Shown in pieces: positions 11,187 through 22,165 of a stretch of DNA of 64,000 nt; the first letter of the stretch is position 1; each line of letters opens with the position of its first letter. This DNA comes from an uncultured delta proteobacterium (GTDB lineage: Bacteria; Desulfobacterota; Binatia; Binatales; Binataceae), in NCBI GenBank assembly GCA_963842085.1, contig CAWJET010000001.1, positions 544,001 to 608,000 of the forward strand. The letters are read 5' to 3'. The notes beneath the pieces were generated by a model that had not been told where the DNA came from, made no database searches, and was given only the letters and a program-made list of their open reading frames with translations. Both the position numbers and the translations under genes were made by a program.

Positions 11187-12170
11187 ATGAGTTCAGCGAA
11201 GAGCGTGAGACGCTTTGTTAAACGCGTATCTTTCATATTGCGTCCTGCGTCGCCGTTTCATTTCGACGGGACTTTCCACAAACCGTCGCATTTCCCCGCC
11301 CCGATAGAAGACTGGGAGTCCGGCAAGTATTGGCTGACGTTGCGTCGCGGCACGAAACTCTACGGCGTGCGAATTCAAAACGCCGGATCGAGGAGTAAGC
11401 CGGCGCTCCGGGTGTCGATCTTCGCCGACCAACGATTGGCGCGAACTGATCTGGATGCGATCAAAAGCGAACTCATCTGGCGATTTGACCTTGACGCGGA
11501 CCTTCGCGAGTTTGACCGAGCTGCTCGCTCGGATGCTCGGTTCAGAGCTGTATTCCGCAGATGGCGTGGCACGCGAGGCTCCTGGCACGGCAGCATCTAT
11601 GAGCTGCTCGTCATCTCAATTCTTCTCCAGAACGCCACGGTTAGGCGAACCGTCCAGATGATGCTTGCGCTGCTCGGAAAGTTCGGTACGAGACTATCGT
11701 TTGACTCGAAGAGCCTTTACGCGATGTGGCTGCCCGAAGATCTCGACAAGGTTTCGGAGGCTGACCTGAGAGTTCTGAAGATTGGCTATCGGGCGCGCTT
11801 CCTAAAGCGGCTGTCCGGCGACTTTGCGCGTGGAATCGTCGACGAGGTCAGGCTACGAACGCTCGATCTGAATTCCGCAAGGAAAGAACTGATTAAGCTC
11901 TACGGCGTCGGTCCCGAAACAGCGCGGATGTTGTTATATCCGGCGTGCCATCAGCATGAGCGGCTGAATCATATCGCGCCGTGGCAGCAGAAAATCTATT
12001 CGCGGATCTTTTACGACAAGCCGCTCGTTCCGGTCCGCAAAATCATGACTGATCTCAACAAGAGGTATGGCGATTTCGCGAGCCTAGCGACGCACTATGT
12101 TTGGGAGGACTTATTCTGGCGTCATAGGCGCGAGCCTATCGGGTGGTTGGCGAAAGAGATACGTCTGTGA
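11187..12170 (+). CDS. HhH-superfamily DNA glycosylase (AlkA/Ogg-like)
   Basis: ISILLQNA, LKIGYRA, HhH motif LYGVGPETA. Confidence 0.8.
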   Translation: MSSAKSVRRFVKRVSFILRPASPFHFDGTFHKPSHFPAPIEDWESGKYWLTLRRGTKLYGVRIQNAGSRSKPALRVSIFADQRLARTDLDAIKSELIWRFDLDADLREFDRAARSDARFRAVFRRWRGTRGSWHGSIYELLVISILLQNATVRRTVQMMLALLGKFGTRLSFDSKSLYAMWLPEDLDKVSEADLRVLKIGYRARFLKRLSGDFARGIVDEVRLRTLDLNSARKELIKLYGVGPETARMLLYPACHQHERLNHIAPWQQKIYSRIFYDKPLVPVRKIMTDLNKRYGDFASLATHYVWEDLFWRHRREPIGWLAKEIRL

Positions 12171-12728
12171 CTCGATCTGGGAGTTTGGCCGGAGGAGCCG
12201 AAGCTCAACTAACGAACCGCCGATCGCAAATCTCCAGGCCGTGGGTGAACTCACGGAAGCAGCGGCGAAATAGCTCCACGGCGCCGGACGCGGCGAAGGC
12301 CGGACAACGAGCGCCGACTTGAACTCTCCGAAACTCTGATCGAATGAGGAGCCGGAACGCGTACAAGAAAATTAGCACCTCGACCGTGCCAAGGAATATC
12401 GTCGCGAGCGTGGCGCTCAAGCCAGCGTCCTCCCGGGTCTTGTCTCTCAGTCTACGCGCGCGAGCGTAAGAACCGCTGGATGACACCGACTGGGCGATCG
12501 AGCGGTATTCGCGTCTGACCGATCGATATCTTCGAACAGCGGTCGCCGCGACCAACCTCGGGGCAGCGGTACCAGTTGCGGCAAAGGCGATCACCCACTG
12601 CGTAGCCTCGTTGACATTTCCAAGCTCGCCGCTAGGATTGAGATACGTGCTGGTCCTGACCGATCGGCAAAAGCGAAACGAGCGGCGGAAGCTGCTCATA
12701 GCGGCCGGAAGGCCTTGGAGGAATCCGA

Positions 12729-13178
12729 ATGTCCGTCGTCGAATTTTCTAATCTGCTCTCCGAACTCAACAAAAGCGCTAGCGAGCTGAACGCTGGAACC
12801 GAGACGGTTAACTCCGTGTTGGCGTCGGTGGAAACCCAGCTCACCAAGATGAATCTCGGGTTTGAGGTATGGGTTCCCGATTCGCTTTCGAGTATCCAAA
12901 TCAGCGAATATAGGTATCAAGATACCGAACTTGGGTTTGCGAAGATCGGCACCGATTGGTCCCTTGCGGTGCGGGTCCGGGAGGGCAAAAGAGATCCGCG
13001 TAGCGGCGATTTCGATTGGTATCCGCTTCCGATTCCCGGGTCGACTCGGCTGCTCGATGCTTCACGTCAGGTTCGAATCAAGGCGTTGCAGCACATACCG
13101 GAACTACTCGAGGCGCTGAAGAGCAAGGCCGACGAAGCAGCCGCTACGATTAAGGAAGCCAAGAAGCTCATAAAGTAA
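12729..13178 (+). CDS. Hypothetical protein
   Basis: GGAGG RBS; 149-aa clean ORF. Confidence 0.6.
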   Translation: MSVVEFSNLLSELNKSASELNAGTETVNSVLASVETQLTKMNLGFEVWVPDSLSSIQISEYRYQDTELGFAKIGTDWSLAVRVREGKRDPRSGDFDWYPLPIPGSTRLLDASRQVRIKALQHIPELLEALKSKADEAAATIKEAKKLIK

Positions 13179-13309
13179 GAATTGATTTCAACCGATCGTC
13201 GATCGGTCACAGAGCCCCGGAGCAGGGGCATGACTTCGGCACTGACTCCGAAGTAGGGGCGCTTGGCGAGAGAGAAACAGCCGACGCATCAGTTTGAAGG
13301 AGGTTTTCT

Positions 13310-13774
13310 ATGCCACCGCTCAATAAGCTGAAGGAGTTTCTCGACAGCAAGCAGGTCAGCTATGAAGTCCTCGCGCATCCCGTGGCACTTACCGCCCAGC
13401 ATCTGGCGGCCGTTGAGCACGTCAGCGGTAAGGAGCTCGCCAAAGTTGTGGTGTTACGCAGCGGGTCCGAATTCATGATGGTCGTGCTACCCGCGCCGTA
13501 TCACGTGGACCTTGAGAGGGCGCGAACCGCAACTGGCAAGCGGGACCTTGAGGTCGCCCGGGAATCAGAGTTCGCGAATCTTTTCCAATGTTGCGAGCCG
13601 GGGGCGATGCCGCCGTTCGGAAATCTGTATAACCTGCAGGTGTGGGTTGATGAGTCCCTCGCTCAAGATGACGAAATCGTCTTCAACGCTTGCACGCACA
13701 CGCAAGCTATCAGGATGAAGTACTCAGACTTTTCGCGCCTGGTGCATCCTAAGGTGGCTACGGTGAGACATTGA
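13310..13774 (+). CDS. YbaK/EbsC family aminoacyl-tRNA deacylase
   Basis: LAKVVVL, CEPGAMPPFG, VDESL. Confidence 0.9.
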   Translation: MPPLNKLKEFLDSKQVSYEVLAHPVALTAQHLAAVEHVSGKELAKVVVLRSGSEFMMVVLPAPYHVDLERARTATGKRDLEVARESEFANLFQCCEPGAMPPFGNLYNLQVWVDESLAQDDEIVFNACTHTQAIRMKYSDFSRLVHPKVATVRH

Positions 13775-13814
13775 AACACGGTGGCGAGGCATTTCGCCGG
13801 CCAGCGCGCGCTTA

Positions 13815-13837
13815 TACTAAATTGCCGCGCGAGCGTC
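13815..13837 (+). repeat. 23-bp direct repeat, copy 2
   Basis: Identical to 8114-8136. Confidence 0.8.
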
Positions 13838-14094
13838 TATCCGGCTTATCTTGCTGCAAGCCTGCCGCAGCGATATAGCTCGCCCATCACGCCAGGGCGG
13901 CTCTATGGCAACCAAGGCGAGCATCATTACCGCGATCGACGTAAAAGTCGGAAGTACTGAATACAAAATCTGGCGAATCGGACTCACGCACGATCCGGCA
14001 ACACGAAAGCAAGAGTGGTTTAAGACGGAAAGCGTTGTCTTCTGGCAACAATGGTAAGCCGATTCCTTGTCAGACGCTCAAGACATTGAAGCGC

Positions 14095-15398
14095 TGTGCC
14101 TGCGCAAAATTCCATCTCGTGTGAGATTTGGGGCGGCGGCGAGCACGGAGCGATGAAATGCACGAGTCGAGTCGGACGCCGATCCTCCCCGAGCGCGCTG
14201 GTCAGTCTGAGCAGCGGCTATTAGCCATCGGGATTCAGCACGCGCGGCATGGACCTCCACACAACGGCGGCCGTGAGAGATCGTGCAGCCCTCGAAAGCG
14301 GATCAAGCGGCGAGACGTTCGTAGCGATGGTGAAGACCGCCGACTTCTGGAATCGCGATCACCTCGCCGCGGTTCGGCGGATGGACGGGGCGAGCATCCG
14401 GGCAATCTTTGTCGAGCGAGAGATGTGTCCGCGAGCGGTTATAGTAATCGACGTACGAAGACAGGGCGCGGCGCAGATGGCGTTCGTTGATCACGAGTAC
14501 GTGATCCAGGCACTCGCGACGAATCGAGCCGATGACCCGCTCGACGTAGGCATTCTGCCAAGGTGAGCGTGGCGCCGTAACGACCTCTGTGATCCCCATC
14601 GCTCGAGCGCGCTCGCGAAAGCATTGACCATAAGATCGATCACGATCGCGCAGGAGGTAACGTGGCGCGGTGTCCCACGGAAATGCCTCGGTGATCTGGC
14701 GGGAGAGCCAACCCGCGGTAGGATGCGGGGTTACATTCAGATGCAGGATCCTCCGTCGCGCGTGACCTAAAATGACGCTCACGTAGAGCAGACGAAACGC
14801 GGCAGTGACGACCACGAGCATATCGATGGCGGCGATGCCGTCGATACAATTGTTCAGGAAGGTCCGCCAGGTTGGTGAGGCCGGACCATGCCGCCGCACC
14901 ATATGTCTCCCGACGGTTGCCTGGCTGACTTCGATGCCGAGCTTGAGCAGCTCGCCGTGAATCCGTGGGGCTCCCCACAGCGGGTTGGCAACGCTCATCT
15001 GCCGGATCAGCTCACGAATCTCGCGATTCACGCCTGGCCGCCCAACGCGGCGCGAGCTTGAGCGCCAACGCCAATATCTGCGGAAGCCCTGCCGGTGCCA
15101 CTGGAGCACGGTTGCGGGCTTGACCAGAACCATTACCTCCAGACAACGAGGCCAAATTCGGTAGAGCCAACCCCAGAGCAAGCGGTCTCCACGAACAAGC
15201 CACACTCGGCCGGGCCGCTGCCGATGGAGAACGGCCAACTGATGTCTGAGGGCGAGCACCTCCAGTTCCAGGGAGGCTCGACGCCGAAACCGGAAAGAGA
15301 CCAGAGAAACCATTGCCGACAGGATCGTAAGCATGCCGGCCACGATAAGGCAGTCGTCGCAAAACTCCAATGTTTACGGTGCGTACGGAATTATGAGG
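14095..15398 (-). mobile_element. rve-integrase-core IS element (IS481/IS3-like); upstream end apparently truncated
   Basis: Terminus TGTGCCTGCGCAAAA at 14095, repeated at 21608; full transposase inside. Confidence 0.65.
14303..15334 (-). CDS. Integrase core domain (rve) transposase
   Basis: WGAPRIHGEL, LLRDRD, PWQNAYVERVIGSIRRECLD, GGLHHRYERLAA. Confidence 0.9.
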   Translation of the reverse strand: MLTILSAMVSLVSFRFRRRASLELEVLALRHQLAVLHRQRPGRVWLVRGDRLLWGWLYRIWPRCLEVMVLVKPATVLQWHRQGFRRYWRWRSSSRRVGRPGVNREIRELIRQMSVANPLWGAPRIHGELLKLGIEVSQATVGRHMVRRHGPASPTWRTFLNNCIDGIAAIDMLVVVTAAFRLLYVSVILGHARRRILHLNVTPHPTAGWLSRQITEAFPWDTAPRYLLRDRDRSYGQCFRERARAMGITEVVTAPRSPWQNAYVERVIGSIRRECLDHVLVINERHLRRALSSYVDYYNRSRTHLSLDKDCPDARPVHPPNRGEVIAIPEVGGLHHRYERLAA

Positions 15399-15569
15399 CG
15401 TTCGCGGAGCTGAAGAGGCGATGCGTGGAACACTCGGCAGAGAAAGCGGGACCGGAGCTGAAGAGCGCGAGTGGCAGATAGGAGGGAGCAGCTATGGTCG
15501 AAGTCTCCGCCGACAAGGCTTATAGTGTCTTAACTTTTCGGTAGTCGGTCGAATTGAAAAGAGACGGCC

Positions 15570-15974
15570 TCAGTAAAACGACGCGATATAATCGATCCCC
15601 GGCTGCATGGCTTTGCGCCAAATAGCCTCGGTCTGGTCGTCGAAAGCCCAATCGCACTTTTTCGCTGCGACCATAAGTGAGTCAAGCCATAGCGCGTAAA
15701 GATGAGGCGGAATATTCTTGTCGTTCCGCGCGTGACGACGGGCGAGAGCGGCTAGTATCGAGTAATCCGCCGATTTAAGTACTACAGCACCGAGCATGAC
15801 ATAGAGCGAGAGTTTGAGCATCTCCTTCTGCCGCTTGAAGTCCGTGCCTTGGAATTTCGCAGCGACCTCGGGCGACAACAAGAAGTGATCATAGAACACA
15901 TCGAAGAAGCGTCGTCCTGACACCATGCACCGTTCAAAGCTTTCGTGGAAAGCAGCGATCTCAACGTCGGTCAT
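15570..15974 (-). CDS. Single-domain globin
   Basis: FYDHF..PEVAAKF..TDFKRQ, proximal His in LARRH. Confidence 0.85.
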   Translation of the reverse strand: MTDVEIAAFHESFERCMVSGRRFFDVFYDHFLLSPEVAAKFQGTDFKRQKEMLKLSLYVMLGAVVLKSADYSILAALARRHARNDKNIPPHLYALWLDSLMVAAKKCDWAFDDQTEAIWRKAMQPGIDYIASFY

Positions 15975-16361
15975 AATCCCACTCCTTCTCTATATTCTAG
16001 TTCCTACTACGCTTATTCGTATTGAGATCAGATCCACCCGAGTTCCTTCATGCACCATCCCGCATGCAAGATTTTAGTCATGTGCCGGACCTTCTCGCCG
16101 TTCGGAATTGCCCGAAGGGCAGCTGCGCGGCGATTGGGCGGCCGGAAAAACCGACTAGTCGGCGTGTGCCACGAATCTGGCGTAGGCGCAGTCAACTTCG
16201 CCGCGCTTGACGGCGGCGAGCAACATTTCCTTCTGCGCGCGAACCATCTGGCCGGTGGGCTACGCTGGCGCCCCAGCACGCGGTTTTCGAATCACCCGAA
16301 ACTTCATTGGAACTACCTCCATTTGATTAAGGTTACCAAGTTGCCGGTTTCGCGGGTCAGC

Positions 16362-16730
16362 TCATCCTTCGAACAAAGTGCCCTTCCATGAGCGCGCGGC
16401 CAGATCTATTTCGCCCTCGGCTCTGATTCTGCGGCCATCGGAGACCTCAGCAAAGTTCGCCGTGCGCCACTTGTGCTTCCCTATACTCTCGTAGGTCCCT
16501 TGACCGGCGCCGTTGAGAGTGTCGCCATTGTCCAGGTATGATGCCCAATGGAGGCCGAAAGTCCCACCCTTGCCGCCGCCTACGAAGGTAGCCGTCAGGA
16601 AGGTCGCCCCAAATCCGGTCCCCGTACCTTCCCAATTCACCTGGATAAGAACGCTACCTGCGGGTCCAGGACTTTGGGTGGAAGTGATCGACTTCAGTGA
16701 ATATTCTCCGATTGCTTTACCTGATGCCAT
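16362..16730 (-). CDS. Hypothetical beta-rich protein
   Basis: AAGGAG RBS; clean 122-aa ORF. Confidence 0.6.
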   Translation of the reverse strand: MASGKAIGEYSLKSITSTQSPGPAGSVLIQVNWEGTGTGFGATFLTATFVGGGKGGTFGLHWASYLDNGDTLNGAGQGTYESIGKHKWRTANFAEVSDGRRIRAEGEIDLAARSWKGTLFEG

Positions 16731-17370
16731 ACGCGTGTTCTCCTTTATGTTGAAGAGTTGAGTTCGCTACGACGGCCAACCTTATCCATTACTCCTGTGC
16801 CAGGCTTAGGGCGAGCCGAGCGGTACTTGCTGATTGCGACGCCACCTTCGCCGAATACAGCGCGAGCGAGTCTCGCGGCCTGGAGATTTGCGATTGGCGC
16901 GCGGCGTCCGATGGCTGAGCGCGATTGACGGGAACGACGGAACGCCGCCAGAAGCAATCCATGAATCCCCGTCACGCCGCCGCGCTCACCCTTGTGGGCT
17001 GAAGAATTCTCGGATGAACTCTCTAATTGCGCTCGCGCTCTTGGTTGTCTTCCTGGCATTGGCTTTCATGTGGCTTTTTTCTGATTGATCGCAAGCGACG
17101 CACAGTGCGCTTGTGTCGATAGCTGACAGTGAAGGGCCGAGCTGGAAGCTGCGGCTGGCGCGGGCATCGCGACCGACGATCCGCGCCTCAAAGCGGAGTA
17201 GTCAGAAAAGAAACGGGCCAGCGAAGAGAAGGTCAGTTCCATCGCCAGCCCGAACGCCGACTGGAAAGGGGGGGCAAACCCAGCCAGCAACTCCCCCGCG
17301 TATCAAACTGCCGCCCTTAGCGCCCGTCCCCCAAGCCAGCGAGGTCACCGCAATAGGTGTGTAAACGAGA

Positions 17371-17750
17371 TCAGGCGGCGCGGCGCTTCGGGATGGTTTC
17401 GCTTACTGGCATTCGGTCTTCGAATAGTTGTCCATCGTAAACTGCCGCGAGTAGTTGGGGCGAGTTGAGGCGGCGGAATTTCCTCTCCGCAATCATCAGG
17501 ATCTTCCAGATCAAGGCCTCGGCATTGGCGACCTTCTTGTAGCGCTTGGCGGCGTCGGTTCTAAGCCGCACCGCCGCGAACGGCGATTCCACCACATTGG
17601 TGGTGCGCAGATGGATCCAATGATCTTTGGGAAAGCGATAGAACGTCACCATCCGCTCCCAGTCGCGGCTCAGCGTCTGGACCGCCTTGGGCCAGAGCTT
17701 GCGATAGCGGTCGGCGAACTGTTCGCGCAGCCGCTCGCATTCAGCTCGGC
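17371..17750 (-). pseudogene. IS256 transposase C-terminal remnant
   Basis: FYRFPKDHWIHLRTTNVVESPF; IR-like GGTGTGTAAAC just downstream. Confidence 0.85.
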
Positions 17751-17867
17751 TTAAGGAAGCCATCTTGCTTTTGGGGTCCGATCTTGGGGCTTAGGCAGTC
17801 CCGCCAGGCCAGCACCCTCGGCTCGACGGGCCTTCGTCCGCGTTAGTGACGGGATTACAAGAGGTTT

Positions 17868-18752
17868 TCATTCGCGGTTCTTTAGTTGCTGACTATCGCC
17901 GAGTCCGTACACCATCGCGGTCTTGGTGGTGCCAAGTTTGATCCATTCCGCGCAATCGAGCTGCACTCTTTTGTAGAACTCTTCGGAGAGTTCAAGCGAC
18001 TCCTTGCTAACCTCGTCGACCCGATCGAACTTGCACTGAAAGGCGAATTCGCCCGACAGTGATTTTTCCAGCGCCCGGCTCCGCCATATGGCGATGGTGG
18101 TCTTACCCTTGAAGTGGTGCCCGAAGTGGATGATGCCCATGGTGTTCTGCACTTCCTCGACCGCTACGTTGTTGACCAGCATCATTTTGGTTCTTGGCCG
18201 TATGTCTATGCGTTTGAGGGTCGGGAACGCGCGGGCAATGTCCTCGATGCCGCGGTCGAGTTCAATCTTGGGCGATGTAAGCACGCATCCATGAGAGTAG
18301 ACGCTGCGCATTCCACCCAGACGATCGCGCTCGAGCAGCAACTCCTCTTTGAACTTTATCTCATCGTGTCCACCCAATTGCGGACGCACGTCAACGGCCG
18401 CGGCGTTCTTGAGCTCCGGCGTGCGGTATTTGAAGGCCAACTCGTGGCCGGGACGGGGCCATCCCTGATCGTAGAACGTGCGCTTTCGCAGAATGAAGTG
18501 ATGATTGTAAAGGTCAAACTCCGGGGTGTCGTAAAAAAGCACTTCCCGAACCTGGCTGTCGAATGCGTGCTCGTCGACATCTACTTTAAGACCGAGTTTC
18601 TTGAGAGTCTTGGACACGGTCTCCCAAAACTCGAGAAAACCATTCTTGCTCGTAAACCGATCGGGTTGCAGCAGAATCTTGTACTCACGGTAATGAACCA
18701 CGTCGGCAGCCAGATGCTTGGTTTCGGGATGCTTGCTTATGTGCTTGTCCAT
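17868..18752 (-). CDS. CYTH-like domain protein
   Basis: REYK, LFYDT, ILRKR, AFKYR motifs. Confidence 0.65.
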   Translation of the reverse strand: MDKHISKHPETKHLAADVVHYREYKILLQPDRFTSKNGFLEFWETVSKTLKKLGLKVDVDEHAFDSQVREVLFYDTPEFDLYNHHFILRKRTFYDQGWPRPGHELAFKYRTPELKNAAAVDVRPQLGGHDEIKFKEELLLERDRLGGMRSVYSHGCVLTSPKIELDRGIEDIARAFPTLKRIDIRPRTKMMLVNNVAVEEVQNTMGIIHFGHHFKGKTTIAIWRSRALEKSLSGEFAFQCKFDRVDEVSKESLELSEEFYKRVQLDCAEWIKLGTTKTAMVYGLGDSQQLKNRE

Positions 18753-18895
18753 AGGTCAAATTGCACCATATTCCATTGAATTTGGCAAAAACGGCGGATC
18801 GTCGCTAGCTGGCCTTTCTCTCAGGGACTTTGGGCTCAGAAAACGCCGTGCACGCGGGCAATTCGCGATCCAAAGCGTGAATTTCTCTGCATCGA

Positions 18896-18962
18896 AGACT
18901 CGGGTGCGGAGCAGAGTGAATTCGAACTGCCGGTTCCGATTCTCGAACAACCTGACGACAGC
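18896..18962 (-). repeat. tRNA-3'-end-like att scar, copy 2
   Basis: Minus strand CAGTTCGAATTCACTCTGCTCCGCA; shares ~55 nt of similarity with 27344-27398. Confidence 0.6.
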
Positions 18963-19027
18963 TGGTTGTTTCTTGGCACTGTTCAGCGCAACCGCCGTTC
19001 ACGGAGACCATCCGCACATGGCATAGT

Positions 19028-19630
19028 TTGCTAGTGCGGAACGGCGCTACCATCGAACTTCTCAGGAAGCACCTCTGGGCGCGTCCGCCGGGCGAAGTTG
19101 TGGAGGTCGGTCGCGTGGCTGCGCTGCTTGCCGTCTGTTGGTCTGACTTTGCGGGGGCGGATTCCGAGCGCATGCATGCGGGTAAACTCGGGCGCATGGA
19201 AGCCGTACAGTGGGATCCACCCGTGCTCAGCTTCACGATCGAGCGGCACGGGGCTATGGGTATGGGCTCGACGCGCGCCGAGCTCCAGCAGTGGCGCATC
19301 GATTTGGACCGAAGAACGGCAGAATGTGAACGCAGCCGCAGGTATCGCCAGATGCTTCCGCGCTCGGAAGCGGTGAAGGTAGAGCCCATCGCAAAGGAGC
19401 TTGCCGAGACGATAATCGCCGGTCGCAGTGATCCGCGGCTCAAGTGGCAAGGCCAGGAAACGGTGCGAGTTCTGATGACGAAGATTTTCCCGTATGACTC
19501 CGGCTACATGCAGACAGTAACAGGCCGCCGCGGTCGGCTGCGAGCGGTGTTGGGGACGCTTCTATCAGAGCAGGGCTGGCGGGAGATTCGGCGGGACGTG
19601 TACTCGAGAACGCCCTTGGTCAAGAATTAG
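19028..19630 (+). CDS. Hypothetical protein
   Basis: 200-aa ORF; start uncertain. Confidence 0.55.
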   Translation: MLVRNGATIELLRKHLWARPPGEVVEVGRVAALLAVCWSDFAGADSERMHAGKLGRMEAVQWDPPVLSFTIERHGAMGMGSTRAELQQWRIDLDRRTAECERSRRYRQMLPRSEAVKVEPIAKELAETIIAGRSDPRLKWQGQETVRVLMTKIFPYDSGYMQTVTGRRGRLRAVLGTLLSEQGWREIRRDVYSRTPLVKN

Positions 19631-19908
19631 CGACTTGAATCCTTCTCGACCAATCAGACCCGGGACTCGAGTCCGCGGCTCGCTCAGCATTTTCGTCACT
19701 GCTGTCCTCGTTGCGGTCGAGTGATTGAGCGCCTTTTTTGTCCTGGGGAAGGACGAGACCGCGCCTCAGGTTCCGATGTGGGCTATGCCAACGAGCGCGC
19801 CGGAGAGGGCCATGCTCCTTTTACTCCCATGCACCGGTGGCCCTCTCCTTTTCTTGGATCAGGCTCTCTCTACGCCAATACGTCTGGAAACCATGGAGAA
19901 CCGCTGAC

Positions 19909-20154
19909 ATGCCCCACGCCATCATCCGCGGCCGAAATGGTCGTAGACACGAAGTAGATTTTGAAGACGCGGAAATTCGCGTCGAAGTGTATTCCAGCGA
20001 TGAGACAGTCGAGATCGTCGTCGAAGCAGTAAACGACCTCGCGCCTTCGGATCGCCGCCAGTTCGCGCTGCTCAACATTCCAAAGCATCTCTTCTTGTCG
20101 GCGCTCGGCGAGGCGGCGCAGCGGAAGGGAACGCCAGGACCGCGGCGAGCGTAG
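19909..20154 (+). CDS. Hypothetical protein
   Basis: GGAG RBS; MPHAIIRGRNG... 81 aa. Confidence 0.55.
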   Translation: MPHAIIRGRNGRRHEVDFEDAEIRVEVYSSDETVEIVVEAVNDLAPSDRRQFALLNIPKHLFLSALGEAAQRKGTPGPRRA

Positions 20155-20163
20155 CAGCATCGA

Positions 20164-20538
20164 TCAGGCGTTCTTCTGTCGCATCGCTTTGCGCATCGTG
20201 ACTTTGTCCCACAGATTGATCATGTATCCGTCGGGGTCGCGTAGCTCAGCGCCGTAACCCCAGAACAGGCGCTGCGGAGCATTCACGAACTTTACGCCGT
20301 TGCCGGCAAGCTCGCGATGCTTCCCGTCCACGTCCTTCACCTGGAGCGTGATCGTGACCTTGGATCCGGGCAGGCTTTTCTGCGCCTTCGCAAGGAAGAT
20401 GGTGAACCCAGCGCTGTCCTGGATCGCCGTAATGCCTCCGCGCTCGAACTCGACCTTGAAGCCGAGATTCTTCACATACCAATCTCGCGATTTCCGAACG
20501 TTCGTGACCGGCAGGCTCATGTGGTCGAACTTCACCAT
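20164..20538 (-). CDS. VOC/glyoxalase family protein
   Basis: FDHMSLPV..WY..NLGF, FWG..LRDPDG. Confidence 0.9.
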   Translation of the reverse strand: MVKFDHMSLPVTNVRKSRDWYVKNLGFKVEFERGGITAIQDSAGFTIFLAKAQKSLPGSKVTITLQVKDVDGKHRELAGNGVKFVNAPQRLFWGYGAELRDPDGYMINLWDKVTMRKAMRQKNA

Positions 20539-20789
20539 GGACCTAACTCCTCAACCTTCGCGCAGATATACGATTTCAACAATTGCGACGCCACCTCAAT
20601 TTCGAGGATGCGCAATGTGCCGAGGCCGCCCCTCAGGAGGGTTGCCAGAGCGAGGGCGCTTCGTTAGCAGGATCTTTTAGCAGCGTCATCTGGCAGCGTG
20701 ATCAGGAGTTGTCACCGCGAAGTACTTCAAGGTAACGTTGGAGACCGAAGGCGCCGGTTGGTTTCTCGCGCTTCGGAATCCTGTGGCGT

Positions 20790-21326
20790 TCACTTAGCCT
20801 TTGGCGCGAACGCGCTCCCTTCGAAATGAGCCCCTTCGTGTATGTTCAATACTGTCGAAGCGATGTCGCCCCAAACCTTTCCCGTGGGAAGAATCTCGAC
20901 CCTGGGGCTCGCTATAGTCTTGACCTTCACCGTACCCGCAATGATTACCGAGGGGGCCCTCAACTCGTCACTGGTTATCGATCCGTTCTCGCCGAGCGTG
21001 ATCTCGTCCTGTCCAGTGATCTCACCCTCCACATGGCCATCTATGACGACCGGCCCCTCGAAGAACAGCGTGCCGATGATTTCGGAGCCCTTGGGGAGAC
21101 GAGAATCCCGCCGAGCACCTGGCGACGGCTTGGTAGTTCCATTCAGCTTAACAACTTGAGGAGCCGACGATATCCCGTTTGCTTCGTTCTGGTGCAATCG
21201 CTTCTCTCCCTTCCCGACCTTCGTAGCCGGGAGTAACTTCGTTAAAAGCGATGCTGCCTTACCGAAATTCAGTCGAATCGCGAGGAAAGTGAGGTTGCGC
21301 TTCAACAGCATTGCCGTCCTCCACAT
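20790..21326 (-). CDS. Bactofilin (polymer-forming cytoskeletal protein)
   Basis: IDGHVEGEI, VIIAGTV, VWGDI...IHEGAHFEG beta-helix repeats; start uncertain. Confidence 0.85.
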   Translation of the reverse strand: MWRTAMLLKRNLTFLAIRLNFGKAASLLTKLLPATKVGKGEKRLHQNEANGISSAPQVVKLNGTTKPSPGARRDSRLPKGSEIIGTLFFEGPVVIDGHVEGEITGQDEITLGENGSITSDELRAPSVIIAGTVKVKTIASPRVEILPTGKVWGDIASTVLNIHEGAHFEGSAFAPKAK

Positions 21327-21426
21327 CCATCAAGCGCCAACCCGAGCCTATCATATCTAGACACTTTGTCGAGCCAGGCTTCTCTCTAGGCCACGGTCTC
21401 AGGAAAATTGTGAGCTTTGATGTCTG

Positions 21427-22052
21427 TCCATAGTCAGAACTTCAAACCCGAATTTATTGATGATGAAGCCCGCCCAGGATCGGCATCGCGACGATGCGGC
21501 CGACCTTCTGTGAGCGTCGAGACTTCGGCGCGTCTTTGTCCAACGACAGATGAGTCCGCACCTCGTTGTAGTAGCTGGCGTAGGTCTTGAGAATCCGACG
21601 CAGGTGCTGTGCCTGCGCAAAACTGTATCTGGTGTCAGATTCTGGGCGGCGGCGAGTAGGGTGCGATGAAACGCACGAGGTGATTTCCCAATGGCGCTGG
21701 TCAGTCCGTGCGGTCGGCTTTTGCACTGTGGATTTTGCACGCGATGATATGGCTCGCCACACAGTGCGTGAGCGCCGGAGGAGATGGCGCAGCCTTGGAA
21801 AGCAGGTTAGGCGGCGAGGCGTTCGTAACGCTGGTGAAGCCCGCCGACTTGCGGAATCGCGATCACCTTGCCGCGGTTTGGCGGTTGGATGGAGCGAGCA
21901 TCCGGGCAGTCTTTGTCGAGCGAGAGATGGGTCCGCGAGCGGTGATAGTAATCGACGTACGAGACCAGGATGCGGCGCAGATGGCGCTCGTTAATCACGA
22001 GTACGTGATCCAGGCACTCGCGGCGAATCGAGCCGATGACCCGCTCGACGTA
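21427..22052 (-). pseudogene. Two nested 3' remnants of rve-integrase elements
   Basis: YYNEVRTHLSLDKD..GGLHHQ (21454-21605) and VERVIGSIRRECLD..HQRYERLAA (21807-22052), with an element terminus at 21608 between them. Confidence 0.8.
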
Positions 22053-22165
22053 GCTCCATCGCTTATTTTTCGCGGTTGCATTGAAGTGCGCGAAGGCTTC
22101 AGCCAATTTCCATTTTTTTTTTGGGGCATCAACACCTCCCTATGGTGTAGGCGCCGGGGCGGGGG

